From assembly GCA_020633415.1 (NCBI GenBank), contig JACKDQ010000002.1, positions 256,976 through 320,975 of the forward strand: a DNA stretch of 64,000 nucleotides. The letters are read 5' to 3'. Under the pieces are notes generated by a model. That model saw only the letters and a program-made list of their open reading frames with translations. It did not search any database and was not told the origin of the DNA. Position numbers and translations under genes: made by a program. Below, piece by piece: positions 16,933 to 26,580 of the stretch; position 1 is the stretch's first letter; each line of letters starts with the position of its first letter. This DNA comes from Deltaproteobacteria bacterium. GTDB lineage: Bacteria > Myxococcota_A > Polyangia > GCA-2747355.

Positions 16933-19667
16933 TGGACGACACTCGCGCCGAAGCAGTAATGACGGCCGCCCGCACGCGGCGTGCTCACCGTAAAGGTCAG
17001 ATCGCCGCGCTGCCCATTCAGCTTGCGCGTATCGATCTTGTAATAGGCCCAGCCGCGCTTGTTGGTCCGGACCAAGCGCTGCGTTATCGAACCGGCCTCC
17101 ACGTCGAGGGTTACCGCGGCACCTGCCGGAAACGACCGCACCGCATCATCGGTTAATCCATGATGACCAACGAGGGCACGTCCAAAGCTGACGTTGGCAA
17201 AGCGGATCTTGAGCGCGTTGCCGTCGACTGGATGCGCCCAAATACAGCGCCGCATTTGTGCCCCGACCTTATGCAACCCGACACCAACATAGTTCCAACT
17301 GTGAGCAGAGCAATGATGTTTGTCGCCCCGCCATCTGCAAGGCGTACTGCTACCGCTCGCTGAGACGAGCGAGACCTCGGCCTGGGCAATCCGAGGGAGC
17401 AACGACTCGCCCGCAACCGCCAGCGGCGTCGAGCGCGGCTTGGCACGACTGACGACGAAGATCACCAGCAGTAACGCCACACCACCGATGACGATCCAGC
17501 GCGCATGCCGATCGCACCACTTGGCCCAGGGCAACAAACGGGCCGCAAGGCGTTCGGCAAACGGCCGGCGATAGCGCCCGATGACGAGCAGCAGCAAGCC
17601 GCCAACCGCCAGCCAGCTCAGACAAGCCGCGACGACGTTGATCAACGGCCAGCCGTAGCGCAGCTCGACCAAACCATCTTTTGCCGGTACCCCCACGAAA
17701 AAGTCGTGCTCGCCGATCGCTGCGGCACTAATCGGTAACTTCTCGCCGTCGACCGAAGCGCGCCAGTTCGGATAGATCGCCTGATGAAAGATCAGTCGAC
17801 TGGCGCCGGTGGTGTTGGATAGCCGTAAACGCGCCCGTTCGGCGTCGAACTGTTCGACTTTGACCTCGCCGGGGCCGATCAACGTGTAGCGCTGATCGCT
17901 GTAATCCAAGAAGCGGTAGACGTGGATCGGTCCAAACCTCCGATGCAACGCCAGATGTTTGCCAGCCTGTGAACCGATCGCCACCACGTACTTGACCGAT
18001 AGCGCTCGATACAGCGTCGGATCAGCGGCATCTGGCTTGTGGGTGAAGTTGGTGCAAGGCGTGTAACCGACCTTATACGCCGGAATGCCGTTGTATACCG
18101 GGGCCGCCGCAAAGAAGTGATCGTTGTAAGGCCGGAGATAGGCGATACGAAAGAAGCCCTTGTCGGTCTGCTTCAACTTGGCCGACCACTCGAGAAAACG
18201 CTCGTAGTCGCCCCAATAAGAAAAGCTGTGTTTGGTTTTCGGCCGACCAACATCACCACCGTAGGTTCGCCCCCACTCCCGACCGACCGGCTCGACAAAC
18301 GGCGAGGCGACCACCAAGACCAACGCGGTGAGCGCGTAGCCACGCCAGGACCAGGCCTGCCGCGCTCGCTCACCGCCAAACACGGTTTGCAGCGCGAACC
18401 CGGCCAAGAGGAACAGTGCGACTTTGACCGGGATCGCAAAGCGCTGAAACTGGATCTGCTCGAACGAGGCCGAAATCGAGGGCAGGCCGAGTTCCTTATA
18501 GGCCGTGCTCGAGGAGATAAAGAGCACGACCAAACCAAACAACACAACGAACAGCGCCATCGCGTTACGCCGCCAGGCAGCCAGCGCGCCACCGAGTAGC
18601 GCGAGCCAAACCAACGGCGGCGTAATGTTGTCAAACAAACTTCCGTTCCACAGCCCCCGCGCCATCGCCGGCAGCGACTTGTACAGTTCACCGTACTTCG
18701 CCATCCAGGCGCTCTTGCTAACGAACGGCAGCAGCCAGTAGGCCGAGAGCAACATGCCCCAGGCCAGCGCCGCAGCGCAGCGCAAAAGCAGGCGAGAGTC
18801 CGCACGCTGATCGGCCAACAAGCGGGTCAGCAAATAGAGCGGTACGCCCATGCCGAAGTAGACCACCGCCATCGGGTGAGCCAATACTGCGAAGCCCGTG
18901 CACAACGCGCAGATCGCAAAATCGCGCGGGCGGCCACGGGTGATCACCTTGTCCAGCGTGCTCAGCGATAGCACGAAAAACGCCGTGGAGAGGATCTGCG
19001 GCCAGACGCCCCACCAGACGGTGTAGGACCAGCCGCCTTCGCGGTATTGGCCGCGGTCGATCAGAAAGAACACGCCAGCGGCCAGACCGGCAAAACGACC
19101 GAAATAGGTCTTGCCGAAATGGTAGAGCGCCAGACCACAGGTCGCGAACATGGCGGTAAAGGCCAGTCCGTAGGCCCACTCCCAACCGAGCAGCCCTAAC
19201 GTGCCCAGATAAACGGTGGCGATCCACATATCGGCGCCAGGCGGATAGTCTTCACCAGCCGGCCAGCCGGCAAACCAAAGGTCACTCCAACCGCTGAGCT
19301 GACCGCGCGCCAGCATGCGCGTGACGAAGTGCCAGGCACGCGTTAGGTGGACCGGGTGATCTTGCGACTGGGGCATCAAGCCGATCAATGTCGGCGCCAG
19401 CAGCGCGGCAGCGACGGTAATGATCACCAGGACCGGCAGCCAACGCGATAACCGCTCGCGCTGCTTCTCGATGCGCTCGCTCTGATACAACGCCGAGAGC
19501 TCGTGGCCGATCGCCAGTGCGGCAAGCAGCGCGGCGAAGACACCAACGGTGCGCGCAACGTAATGCGACTGTGGGATCAACACCCCAGCACACAGCGCGG
19601 GCAAGAACAGTAGCAGACCGCGCTGCCACACGGGCAGCTGTCGAATCCCAAGCTGTTGGCTGCTCAT
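16929..19667 (-). CDS. Large polytopic membrane protein, YfhO/GT-C-like, with C-terminal 4-Cys extracytoplasmic domain
   Basis: The ORF track gives 16929..19883. I prefer ATG 19667 (MSSQQLGIRQLPVW...) because the longer form runs into the divergent gene at 19820. It has many TMs. The loop DHPVHLTRAWHFVTRMLARGQLSGWSDLWFAGWP resembles the conserved N-terminal loop of YfhO-type GT-C proteins (by memory). The C-terminal ~150 aa is paralogous to the product of 19820..20734. Confidence 0.5.
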   Translation of the reverse strand: MSSQQLGIRQLPVWQRGLLLFLPALCAGVLIPQSHYVARTVGVFAALLAALAIGHELSALYQSERIEKQRERLSRWLPVLVIITVAAALLAPTLIGLMPQSQDHPVHLTRAWHFVTRMLARGQLSGWSDLWFAGWPAGEDYPPGADMWIATVYLGTLGLLGWEWAYGLAFTAMFATCGLALYHFGKTYFGRFAGLAAGVFFLIDRGQYREGGWSYTVWWGVWPQILSTAFFVLSLSTLDKVITRGRPRDFAICALCTGFAVLAHPMAVVYFGMGVPLYLLTRLLADQRADSRLLLRCAAALAWGMLLSAYWLLPFVSKSAWMAKYGELYKSLPAMARGLWNGSLFDNITPPLVWLALLGGALAAWRRNAMALFVVLFGLVVLFISSSTAYKELGLPSISASFEQIQFQRFAIPVKVALFLLAGFALQTVFGGERARQAWSWRGYALTALVLVVASPFVEPVGREWGRTYGGDVGRPKTKHSFSYWGDYERFLEWSAKLKQTDKGFFRIAYLRPYNDHFFAAAPVYNGIPAYKVGYTPCTNFTHKPDAADPTLYRALSVKYVVAIGSQAGKHLALHRRFGPIHVYRFLDYSDQRYTLIGPGEVKVEQFDAERARLRLSNTTGASRLIFHQAIYPNWRASVDGEKLPISAAAIGEHDFFVGVPAKDGLVELRYGWPLINVVAACLSWLAVGGLLLLVIGRYRRPFAERLAARLLPWAKWCDRHARWIVIGGVALLLVIFVVSRAKPRSTPLAVAGESLLPRIAQAEVSLVSASGSSTPCRWRGDKHHCSAHSWNYVGVGLHKVGAQMRRCIWAHPVDGNALKIRFANVSFGRALVGHHGLTDDAVRSFPAGAAVTLDVEAGSITQRLVRTNKRGWAYYKIDTRKLNGQRGDLTFTVSTPRAGGRHYCFGASVVQ

Positions 19668-19819
19668 CGAGTCCCTTCGGTTTAGGGGGGGCGAACGGGT
19701 CACCGCAGGCGGAGTCAAGCCAGGGTTATCAAGTGGTCTTTTGCTTGTCAACGAGGTGGGTTGCCGCAACCTGCTGAATTCCCTATAGTGCCGCTCCGAT
19801 CGCGGATCGCAGCAACAAA

Positions 19820-20734
19820 ATGGGCGCCAAGACAACCGATCAACCCGCTGGCAACCCGCAAACCGCTGGGCATCGGCGCACACCGTACCTTTGGGGATTG
19901 CTCAGCCTGGTGGTCGCCGTCGCGCTGGCCGAGGCCACCGCGCTTTGGCTACAAAAGAGCGCGACGCCCAGCGAGCAGGACTGGCAACGCGCGGTCACGG
20001 CCCTCGACGGTCAGCGTAAGGCTGGCGAGCCGATCCTCGCCGCACCGTTTTGGGTCCAACCGCTGGCCTATCGCTACCTCGGCCAGCGCATCGATCTCGC
20101 GCTAGCCGGCGTTTCGGATGTCGACCGTTTCGCTCGGGTCTGGCAGCTATCGATCCGCGGCGCTCAACACCGCTATCTCGCGGCCCGACAGCCCAGCCAA
20201 ACGCTGCAATTTGGCGGCGTCACGCTCACCCGCTATGACACCGCCAAGCCAGCCGCGGTGCTGTTCGATTTCCGCGAAAATATCGCCCAAGCCAATGTGG
20301 AAACGGTCGGCAAGATCACCTCATCTTGTCGGTGGTCAGGCGATCGCCATCGCTGTCGGTTTGGCTGGAGCTGGGTTGGCTCATACTTGGCCGAGGTCGA
20401 CTATCGGCCCTACCGCTGCATCTATGCTCATCCCAGCGAGGGTGAACGCCTGCGGATCAGCTTTCCGGCAGTGCCGATCGGCGGATCGCTACGCGTCTAT
20501 ACCGGTATCGACGACTTCGACAACCGCAAGCGCTCAACGGCCGACGTCGAATTGAGCATCAGCATCGCCGGCTCGCCGGCGAAAACGATCCGACATCGCA
20601 ATGAGTGGCCCTGGCATAGCGAGACGATCGACACCTCGAGCCATCAGGGGCAACGCCAGCCCGTCCGTTTCGAGGTCAGCGCTACACCCGCCTACGCCCG
20701 CGCGTTCTGCTTTCATGCGGAAACGCGGCGCTAA
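19820..20734 (+). CDS. Membrane-anchored protein carrying the same 4-Cys domain as the C-terminus of 16929..19667
   Basis: 304 aa with a TM (YLWGLLSLVVAVALAEATALW). The C-terminal half (CRWSGDRHRC...YRCIYAHPSEGERLRISF...GIDDFD...FEVSATP...FCFH) aligns with CRWRGDKHHC...RRCIWAHPVDGNALKIRF...GLTDDA...FTVSTP...YCFG of the divergent neighbour. Confidence 0.6.
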   Translation: MGAKTTDQPAGNPQTAGHRRTPYLWGLLSLVVAVALAEATALWLQKSATPSEQDWQRAVTALDGQRKAGEPILAAPFWVQPLAYRYLGQRIDLALAGVSDVDRFARVWQLSIRGAQHRYLAARQPSQTLQFGGVTLTRYDTAKPAAVLFDFRENIAQANVETVGKITSSCRWSGDRHRCRFGWSWVGSYLAEVDYRPYRCIYAHPSEGERLRISFPAVPIGGSLRVYTGIDDFDNRKRSTADVELSISIAGSPAKTIRHRNEWPWHSETIDTSSHQGQRQPVRFEVSATPAYARAFCFHAETRR

Positions 20735-20746
20735 TCGACATCGCAA

Positions 20747-20823
20747 GCGGCACGGTTAGCGATCGTGACCAATGCACCGTATACGCCAGCGGTCGCGCTG
20801 CGGACAGATCGCTGCCGTGCCGC
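20747..20823. repeat. Long imperfect inverted repeat between convergent genes (possible bidirectional terminator/structured element)
   Basis: The left arm is GCGGCACGGTTAGCGATC (20747..20764). The right arm is GATCGCTGCCGTGCCGC (20807..20823). The arms are complementary apart from one mismatch plus a 1-nt bulge, and they are separated by 42 nt. No T-run follows either arm. Confidence 0.35.
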
Positions 20824-20850
20824 TGCTCGTCCAGGGGAGATGCAGAGCCG

Positions 20851-21390
20851 CTAGTCCAGCGAGGGGCAGCCACCCACGACCACCGGTACCACGGGCGCCA
20901 ATGAGTCCGGGTCACCCTCGTCAACGCCACGCGTCGGCGGAATCGGGTCGTCACCGATCGGCCGCGAGTCCGCATCCTCAGGTGTTGCCGCCTCTGCGGC
21001 CGCGCCGTCGCGGGTCGGCGGAATCGGATCGTCGTCAGTCGGCGTCTCGACGGGTCCGCGGGTCGGCGGGATCGGATCATCTCCATCCGGCATCGCCAAA
21101 CGCGTCGGCGGGATCGGATCGTCGCTGCGCGGCGTAGCCACCAAGACTGCATTCGAGGCTGACGCATTAGCGGACGTCGCATGAATTGAAGCCCTGGCCG
21201 TGTCGTCGCTATCCGCTTCATGCTCGGCTGCCGCGCCCGCAGACTGACAGTCTCGATCGCAAGCGACAATGCCATAGCCACGACGCGTCGGCTGATGCTG
21301 GTCGATAGGAATCCCTCCACACGCCACCAACAAGCCGACCAAACACCCCCCTAGGCCGCCCACCCAGTGCGATTTTTTGATCAAGCGCAT
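20851..21390 (-). CDS. Lipoprotein with four DDPIPPTR repeats
   Basis: The ORF track gives 20851..21525. I prefer ATG 21390 ([26 protein letters not shown], signal plus lipobox). The exact octapeptide DDPIPPTR occurs at residues 90-97, 104-111, 120-127 and 147-154. The start overlaps the last 10 nt of the upstream sigma-54 activator gene. Confidence 0.6.
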   Translation of the reverse strand: MRLIKKSHWVGGLGGCLVGLLVACGGIPIDQHQPTRRGYGIVACDRDCQSAGAAAEHEADSDDTARASIHATSANASASNAVLVATPRSDDPIPPTRLAMPDGDDPIPPTRGPVETPTDDDPIPPTRDGAAAEAATPEDADSRPIGDDPIPPTRGVDEGDPDSLAPVVPVVVGGCPSLD

Positions 21391-24300
21391 GTGCCAATCC
21401 TTTGACGCGGGATTGAGATCCCTTGTTCTTTGATCACCTGTGAAAGTCTCGGTCGTTTCATGCCCAACAGCTGCGCGGCGTGGGTAATGTTGCCATCCGC
21501 ATCGTCGAGCGCTCGATAGATGCATTCGTTCTCGATGTTGCGTTTCAGATCACGCAAACTCAGATCCGACCGACGCAGATACTCATAAACCCGAGCAAGC
21601 GGGTCGAACGCAGCCGCTCCCTCTACCTCGTCAGTAACTGCGAGCGCGGCCCGCGGTTCTGCACTTGCACGCGCCAGCTCAGGAAACTCGCTGAAGTCGG
21701 CGAGGTCGAGAATCTGTCCCTCGGCAAAGATCGACGCAGAGTTCAACACGTTCTCCAGCTCGCGCACGTTTCCTGGCCAACGGTGGCCCATCAACAGCCG
21801 CTCGGCAGCGTCGCTCAACCGCATCGCTTCGCCGCCCCGCTCAGCGGCAATCCGGTCGAGGAAATGGCGGGCCAATAGCGGAATGTCAGAAGCGCGCTCA
21901 CGAAGTGGCGGCAGCTCCAACTCCACACCCTTTAGGCGGTAATAGAGATCTTCGCGAAACTCACCGCGCTCAACAAGCTGTCGAAGGTCGCGATTGGTTG
22001 CGCAGATGATCCGCACATCAACTGACACTGGTGATGTCCCGCCAACGCGCTCGAAGACCCGTTCCTGCAACACGCGCAGCAACGCAACTTGCGTCCGCTC
22101 GGAGATGTCGCCGATCTCGTCGAGGAAGATTGTTCCGCCCTGAGCAGACTCGAAGCGGCCAATTCGGCGCTGGGTCGCACCAGTGAAAGAGCCCCGTTCG
22201 TGACCAAACAACTCGCTGAGCAGCAGCGACTCGACCAGTGCGCAGCAGTTTACCTTGACCAACGGGCGGTCGGCGCGAGCGCTACGCCGATGAATCGCGT
22301 CTGCAACGAGCTCTTTGCCCGTACCACTTTCACCATGCAACAGGACCAGTGCATCGGTCGCAGCAACGCGATCGATCAGTCCCGTCATCTGGCGCAAACG
22401 CGGGTGCTCGCCGACGAGATCATCGAAACGCGGCACGGCGGCTTCGGCTCGCGGCTCGACCAGCACCACCGGCGCAGGCAGTGGGTCGTCGAAGCAGGGC
22501 TGATTCGCCCAGCGCGACAGGGCGCGACGCAGCGGTTGCTGCTCAAGGTTGTCGCGAAGCTCGGCGGGCACGGTCTGGACCACCGCGTCCGCCAAAGCCA
22601 GCGCACTGCGGCGCAGGCCACGCGCACGCGCCGGCTGGCCGCTTTGCTCGGCGAGTTCAGCGGCAAAGAAGGCGAGCTGCCACGCCGCTTCGGGATCGCT
22701 CAGCAGCTGATTGAGTTCTTCGGCCAAGGCGAATTGCTCGCGCTGCGCGCCGAGATCGTTGGCCAGGAAGGCAACCTTCAGCAGCGCCAAGGCCCGCTGC
22801 AGTCGAAGCGTCGGGGTCGAAGTGTCCCGGCCCTCGAGCACGCGCTGAGCACGCGTGAGCTGATTCTGCTCGCAAAACAGCCGACAGAGCGCCAGCGCAC
22901 AGGTCAGCGCACGATCCGATTGTTGGTGCTGATCCGCTAGTCGCTGCGCAGCGCGCAGCAGCTGCTCGGCCTGGGCATACTGCCCGAGACCTTGCGCCAC
23001 ACGCCCCTCAAGCAACTTGAGGCTGATCCGGGTGGTGATCGGCGGCTCGCTATCGACCAACTTCGACGCCAACTGCCACATCGCCTGCGCACGGCATACA
23101 TCGGCGAGGTCGGCATAGAGCTGACCAAGGTCCAACGCCACCCAAGCGAGATAACTCGGCTGCCCGAGCTTCTTTAGCACGGTCACCGCTCGCTGATAGA
23201 AGTCGATCGCACTCGCGTAGTCACGCCGTCGCTCGGCCAGCACGCCGAGATGCTGCCAACAAACTGCAAGCCGCCGGTGATTGCTGATCGACTCGGCAAG
23301 TCTCGCCGCTTGCTGATAGCGCTGCTGCGCGAGATCGTAAGCGCGCCGGGCCAGATGGATCTGGCCGAGCTGAATCAGCGCGAGTGTTTCTTGATCGGCG
23401 AGCGAACGCCAACGAGCCCGATCGAGATTGTCGAGCACCATCGCGCGAGCAGAATCGTACTCACCGCGCTCGATGTAGAGCTGCGCCAGGGCATTTTGCA
23501 GACGGAGTCGCACGCCGATGTCGACCGCGTCGCTCTGACAGACGATCGATAGCCCCTGCTGCGCTGCCAACCAGGCCGCCTGCGGATCGCCAAACAGTTC
23601 GACCTCGGCGATGTTAGCCTGCAGCGAAGCCCAGAGCCGATCACTGATCTCGCGCGGTGGGGGGTTAGCCGTAAGCCGCGCGCGAATATCAGCCAAAGCT
23701 CTCCGAGCGCGACCGTAGTCGCCCCGACGCAGCCACAGGCGGGCGAGGCGCGTCGCAGATTCCAGATCGCTCGGCCGCTCGTCGACGAAACGCTGTGCCA
23801 GTTTGATCGCCGGCGTCAGCTGACCCAGGCTCTCGTAAATCGCGCAAAGGCGCTCGCCCAGGCGACGACGCACCGGGCCCGCGCTGCAGCACGTCAAAGC
23901 CAACTCGTAGAGTTCTGCCGCTCGCTCGTACCCATAGCCGATCTCCAAACGCTGACCAGCGCGCAGCGCGAGCTCGACCCCCTGTTCGATCTCCCCGCCG
24001 CGCAGCAAATGCTCGGCGCAGTGCTCGAGTTCGCAGTCGCGTCCACGACGGCGCAGCAGTTCTCCAAACCCACGATGCAATTCGATCCGGCGTTGCGCGG
24101 CTAGCTGCTGGTAGACCCGTTCGCGCTCACCAGCGCGAACGAAGGCTACCCGCAGTTCACCATCGACGACGGTCTTCTCCAACAAACGTTGCTCGACCAA
24201 CGCCGACACCGCGCGGGCCAACCCGTCGTAAGGCAGACCACTGACCGCCCGCAACGTCTCGATCGCCGCCGGTCGACCGATCACTGCCGCTGCCTCGAGG

Positions 24301-25220
24301 ATCGTACGCTGAACTGGATCGCTGAGCTCACCCAACCCTTCGATTGAGACGCGCCCGGCGACCAACGCCTCGAGGCGATCAAGCGCGCCGCCGGTCTGCT
24401 GCCAGACGCGTTCGACCACCGAACCAGCTGCTAGATAGGCCCTGACACCGTCGCGATCGAGCTCGCCCAATTCGAGCTGATGAAATTCAACCGCGTCTAG
24501 CCACCGCAGACCCGCAACATCCAACCCCCGCTTTTCGTTGGCGCTGGCAACCAGCAGCCCGCGAAACGAGGTGGACTGTTGCGGCGCATGACAGAGCGTC
24601 GTCGAGAGATGGGCGAAAAAGCGCCGACTGGCACCGTCAGCGCGATCGAGGTCCTCGAAGATTAGCAAAAGCGGAACGCGCTGCGATACCGCCCGCAGCA
24701 GCACCCCGACTCGGTCATAAAAGTCGATCCGCTCGAAGACATCGCGCGCACCCCCACTAACATCCGATGGCGTAGCTTGCGACGACGCACTTTGCGGCGA
24801 CAACTCGGGACGAAGCGATTGGCGAATCGCTTCGAGATCGGCGATCAACGGCTCACCCAGGCGCCGCTCGCAGAGCTCGCGCAACAACGTATCGAGCAGC
24901 GTGGACAGCGGCGAAAGCACCGGCATTCCCGGCCGGCAACGCACGGCCAGCAACAACGCGCCGCTGGCGGCCAGACGCCGGCGAACCTCCCTGATGAACG
25001 TCGACTTGCCCGCGCCCGAAGGCCCGACAACGACCACGCACCCGGCGTTGCCCCCTTGGGCCAGCTCAAATCGCGAAAACAGCGTGGCCAACTCGCGCTC
25101 ACGCCCACAGCACAGCGCCTCGCCTGCGACATCCGGTTGCGCTACGCGCTCTCGCGCTGTCGTCCGATTGGCAGAGATTTGCTCCATAGCAGCTAACGCT
25201 GCAAATCGCGGGCCCGACAA
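21381..25220 (-). CDS. Sigma-54-dependent transcriptional activator with N-terminal P-loop NTPase (AAA16/STAND-like) and TPR region
   Basis: 1279 aa. The N-terminus has [14 protein letters not shown] (Walker A) followed by a long helical/TPR-like middle region. The C-terminal part has [31 protein letters not shown] (GAFTGA-loop variant), [10 protein letters not shown], and a Fis-type HTH ([26 protein letters not shown]). Confidence 0.85.
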   Translation of the reverse strand: MSGPRFAALAAMEQISANRTTARERVAQPDVAGEALCCGRERELATLFSRFELAQGGNAGCVVVVGPSGAGKSTFIREVRRRLAASGALLLAVRCRPGMPVLSPLSTLLDTLLRELCERRLGEPLIADLEAIRQSLRPELSPQSASSQATPSDVSGGARDVFERIDFYDRVGVLLRAVSQRVPLLLIFEDLDRADGASRRFFAHLSTTLCHAPQQSTSFRGLLVASANEKRGLDVAGLRWLDAVEFHQLELGELDRDGVRAYLAAGSVVERVWQQTGGALDRLEALVAGRVSIEGLGELSDPVQRTILEAAAVIGRPAAIETLRAVSGLPYDGLARAVSALVEQRLLEKTVVDGELRVAFVRAGERERVYQQLAAQRRIELHRGFGELLRRRGRDCELEHCAEHLLRGGEIEQGVELALRAGQRLEIGYGYERAAELYELALTCCSAGPVRRRLGERLCAIYESLGQLTPAIKLAQRFVDERPSDLESATRLARLWLRRGDYGRARRALADIRARLTANPPPREISDRLWASLQANIAEVELFGDPQAAWLAAQQGLSIVCQSDAVDIGVRLRLQNALAQLYIERGEYDSARAMVLDNLDRARWRSLADQETLALIQLGQIHLARRAYDLAQQRYQQAARLAESISNHRRLAVCWQHLGVLAERRRDYASAIDFYQRAVTVLKKLGQPSYLAWVALDLGQLYADLADVCRAQAMWQLASKLVDSEPPITTRISLKLLEGRVAQGLGQYAQAEQLLRAAQRLADQHQQSDRALTCALALCRLFCEQNQLTRAQRVLEGRDTSTPTLRLQRALALLKVAFLANDLGAQREQFALAEELNQLLSDPEAAWQLAFFAAELAEQSGQPARARGLRRSALALADAVVQTVPAELRDNLEQQPLRRALSRWANQPCFDDPLPAPVVLVEPRAEAAVPRFDDLVGEHPRLRQMTGLIDRVAATDALVLLHGESGTGKELVADAIHRRSARADRPLVKVNCCALVESLLLSELFGHERGSFTGATQRRIGRFESAQGGTIFLDEIGDISERTQVALLRVLQERVFERVGGTSPVSVDVRIICATNRDLRQLVERGEFREDLYYRLKGVELELPPLRERASDIPLLARHFLDRIAAERGGEAMRLSDAAERLLMGHRWPGNVRELENVLNSASIFAEGQILDLADFSEFPELARASAEPRAALAVTDEVEGAAAFDPLARVYEYLRRSDLSLRDLKRNIENECIYRALDDADGNITHAAQLLGMKRPRLSQVIKEQGISIPRQRIGTCA

Positions 25221-25349
25221 CGAGGCGCTATCTTGCGAAGATTCATCAGCTCTGCCGGAGCCGCCGACGACAGATCGATCGCGGTGTTAGTTTTCTAACC
25301 ATTGGCCACGATTGGATTCTGGCAACGCTCGCGCGACAGCACTGCCTTA

Positions 25350-25388
25350 ACCGATCGATAAAATGCTGCGATCGGTCTGCTTTTCGCC
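25350..25388 (+). terminator. Terminator-like hairpin in a divergent leader region
   Basis: ACCGATCG (25350..25357) pairs perfectly with CGATCGGT (25369..25376) across an 11-nt loop, followed by CTGCTTTTCGCC. No + strand gene ends upstream of it, so if functional it would act as an attenuator or sRNA terminator rather than a gene-end terminator. Confidence 0.25.
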
Positions 25389-25485
25389 GCCATTGCTGAG
25401 CGCGAGATCGCGACACGGACGTCATGGATTGGCCTGACGATACGTTTTTGCCGATCACACCGCCGAGGCGTAAACTAGATCATCC

Positions 25486-26580
25486 ATGACAACTCAGACG
25501 ATGAGTCGGCTGCTGGCATGGCTTTCCCTGGTGCTTTTGCCAGCACTGGCCACGGCCAAGCCCGCCGCAAATCAGGACCAGCCCACGCCGGCAGACCGTG
25601 CGCTAGCGGTGAAGTTCTCGCTGCCCGATGTGAAGCTAACCGAGCGCGTAGCCTTGGCTTTGCCATCGACCACGGCGATCGCCTACGAGCCAAGCTGCGA
25701 GCTGCTAGTGATCGGTGAGCCACGACGCCTGGTCGACATCGATCCGCAGCTCCAATTACGCCGACCAACGCCGATCTCGGTACGACGGTGCGGCCAGCTG
25801 GCCAGCGAGTTTCAGCGCGATGAAGCGTTGCATCAACGCTACTCGCTCTACCTGCGCGACTACGCTGGCCCCCAGGCGCGACGTGCAGCGGTAGCCAATC
25901 GAACGGCCTTCGTTGCCCGCTGGCTGAGCACCGCCACCGGCTACGACATCCCTTATCCCGGGCGGACCACGCTGTCGCGGATCGCCCTCGACGGCTCACT
26001 GATCGAACGCGACGTGATCGAACTGGGCGGCCATGCCCCCGGCCTATTGGCCCGCGCAGCGGGATCGCTGCTGCTCTATCGCAGCGCCAGTGGCGGCCCG
26101 TTATTATTGCTCGACGCAAAGACCGGGCGAATCAAACAACGCATCGCTCTCGACGACACGCCGCCGTCAGCACGACTCCACGCTGTCGGGTCAAAATCGA
26201 TGATTGCCTTGCTGGGGACCACGCTGATCTCGCTGAAAAGCGGGCGGGTGATCGGCAAGATCGAACCGCTCCACCCGTTGAGCGCGATGTACTTCGATGA
26301 CGAGCGCGCGCGACTCTATCTGAGCGGCCCGAGCAGCGAAGACGAGGTCGATCTCACCGTGGTCTCGGCCTATGACCTGCGCACAGCAACCCGGATCACC
26401 AGCACAACGATCGAAAACGTGCGCCTGCCTTGGCCGCGACGAATCGTCGCCTTGCTGCCGCGCGGCGACGCGCTGATCGCGATCGTTGCTTCAGCGATCG
26501 ATCAGCGGGTACTTAGACTGTCTCGCATCTACCGGCAGCAGCAACTCGAGCGGCAGGTCCGCCTGGCACACCGAAGATAG
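25486..26580 (+). CDS. Hypothetical secreted protein
   Basis: 364 aa with an ATG start and a signal peptide (MSRLLAWLSLVLLPALATAKPA). No recognisable domain. Confidence 0.6.
   Translation: MTTQTMSRLLAWLSLVLLPALATAKPAANQDQPTPADRALAVKFSLPDVKLTERVALALPSTTAIAYEPSCELLVIGEPRRLVDIDPQLQLRRPTPISVRRCGQLASEFQRDEALHQRYSLYLRDYAGPQARRAAVANRTAFVARWLSTATGYDIPYPGRTTLSRIALDGSLIERDVIELGGHAPGLLARAAGSLLLYRSASGGPLLLLDAKTGRIKQRIALDDTPPSARLHAVGSKSMIALLGTTLISLKSGRVIGKIEPLHPLSAMYFDDERARLYLSGPSSEDEVDLTVVSAYDLRTATRITSTTIENVRLPWPRRIVALLPRGDALIAIVASAIDQRVLRLSRIYRQQQLERQVRLAHRR

Noticed and set aside
20682-21320. Alternative frames through the DDPIPPTR repeat region (track ORFs 20682..21320 on the minus strand and 20772..21137 on the plus strand).
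   Set aside because: They lack start context and signal peptides and translate to Arg-rich junk (RFRRP repeats). The frame starting at 21390 has a canonical lipoprotein signal and exact peptide repeats.
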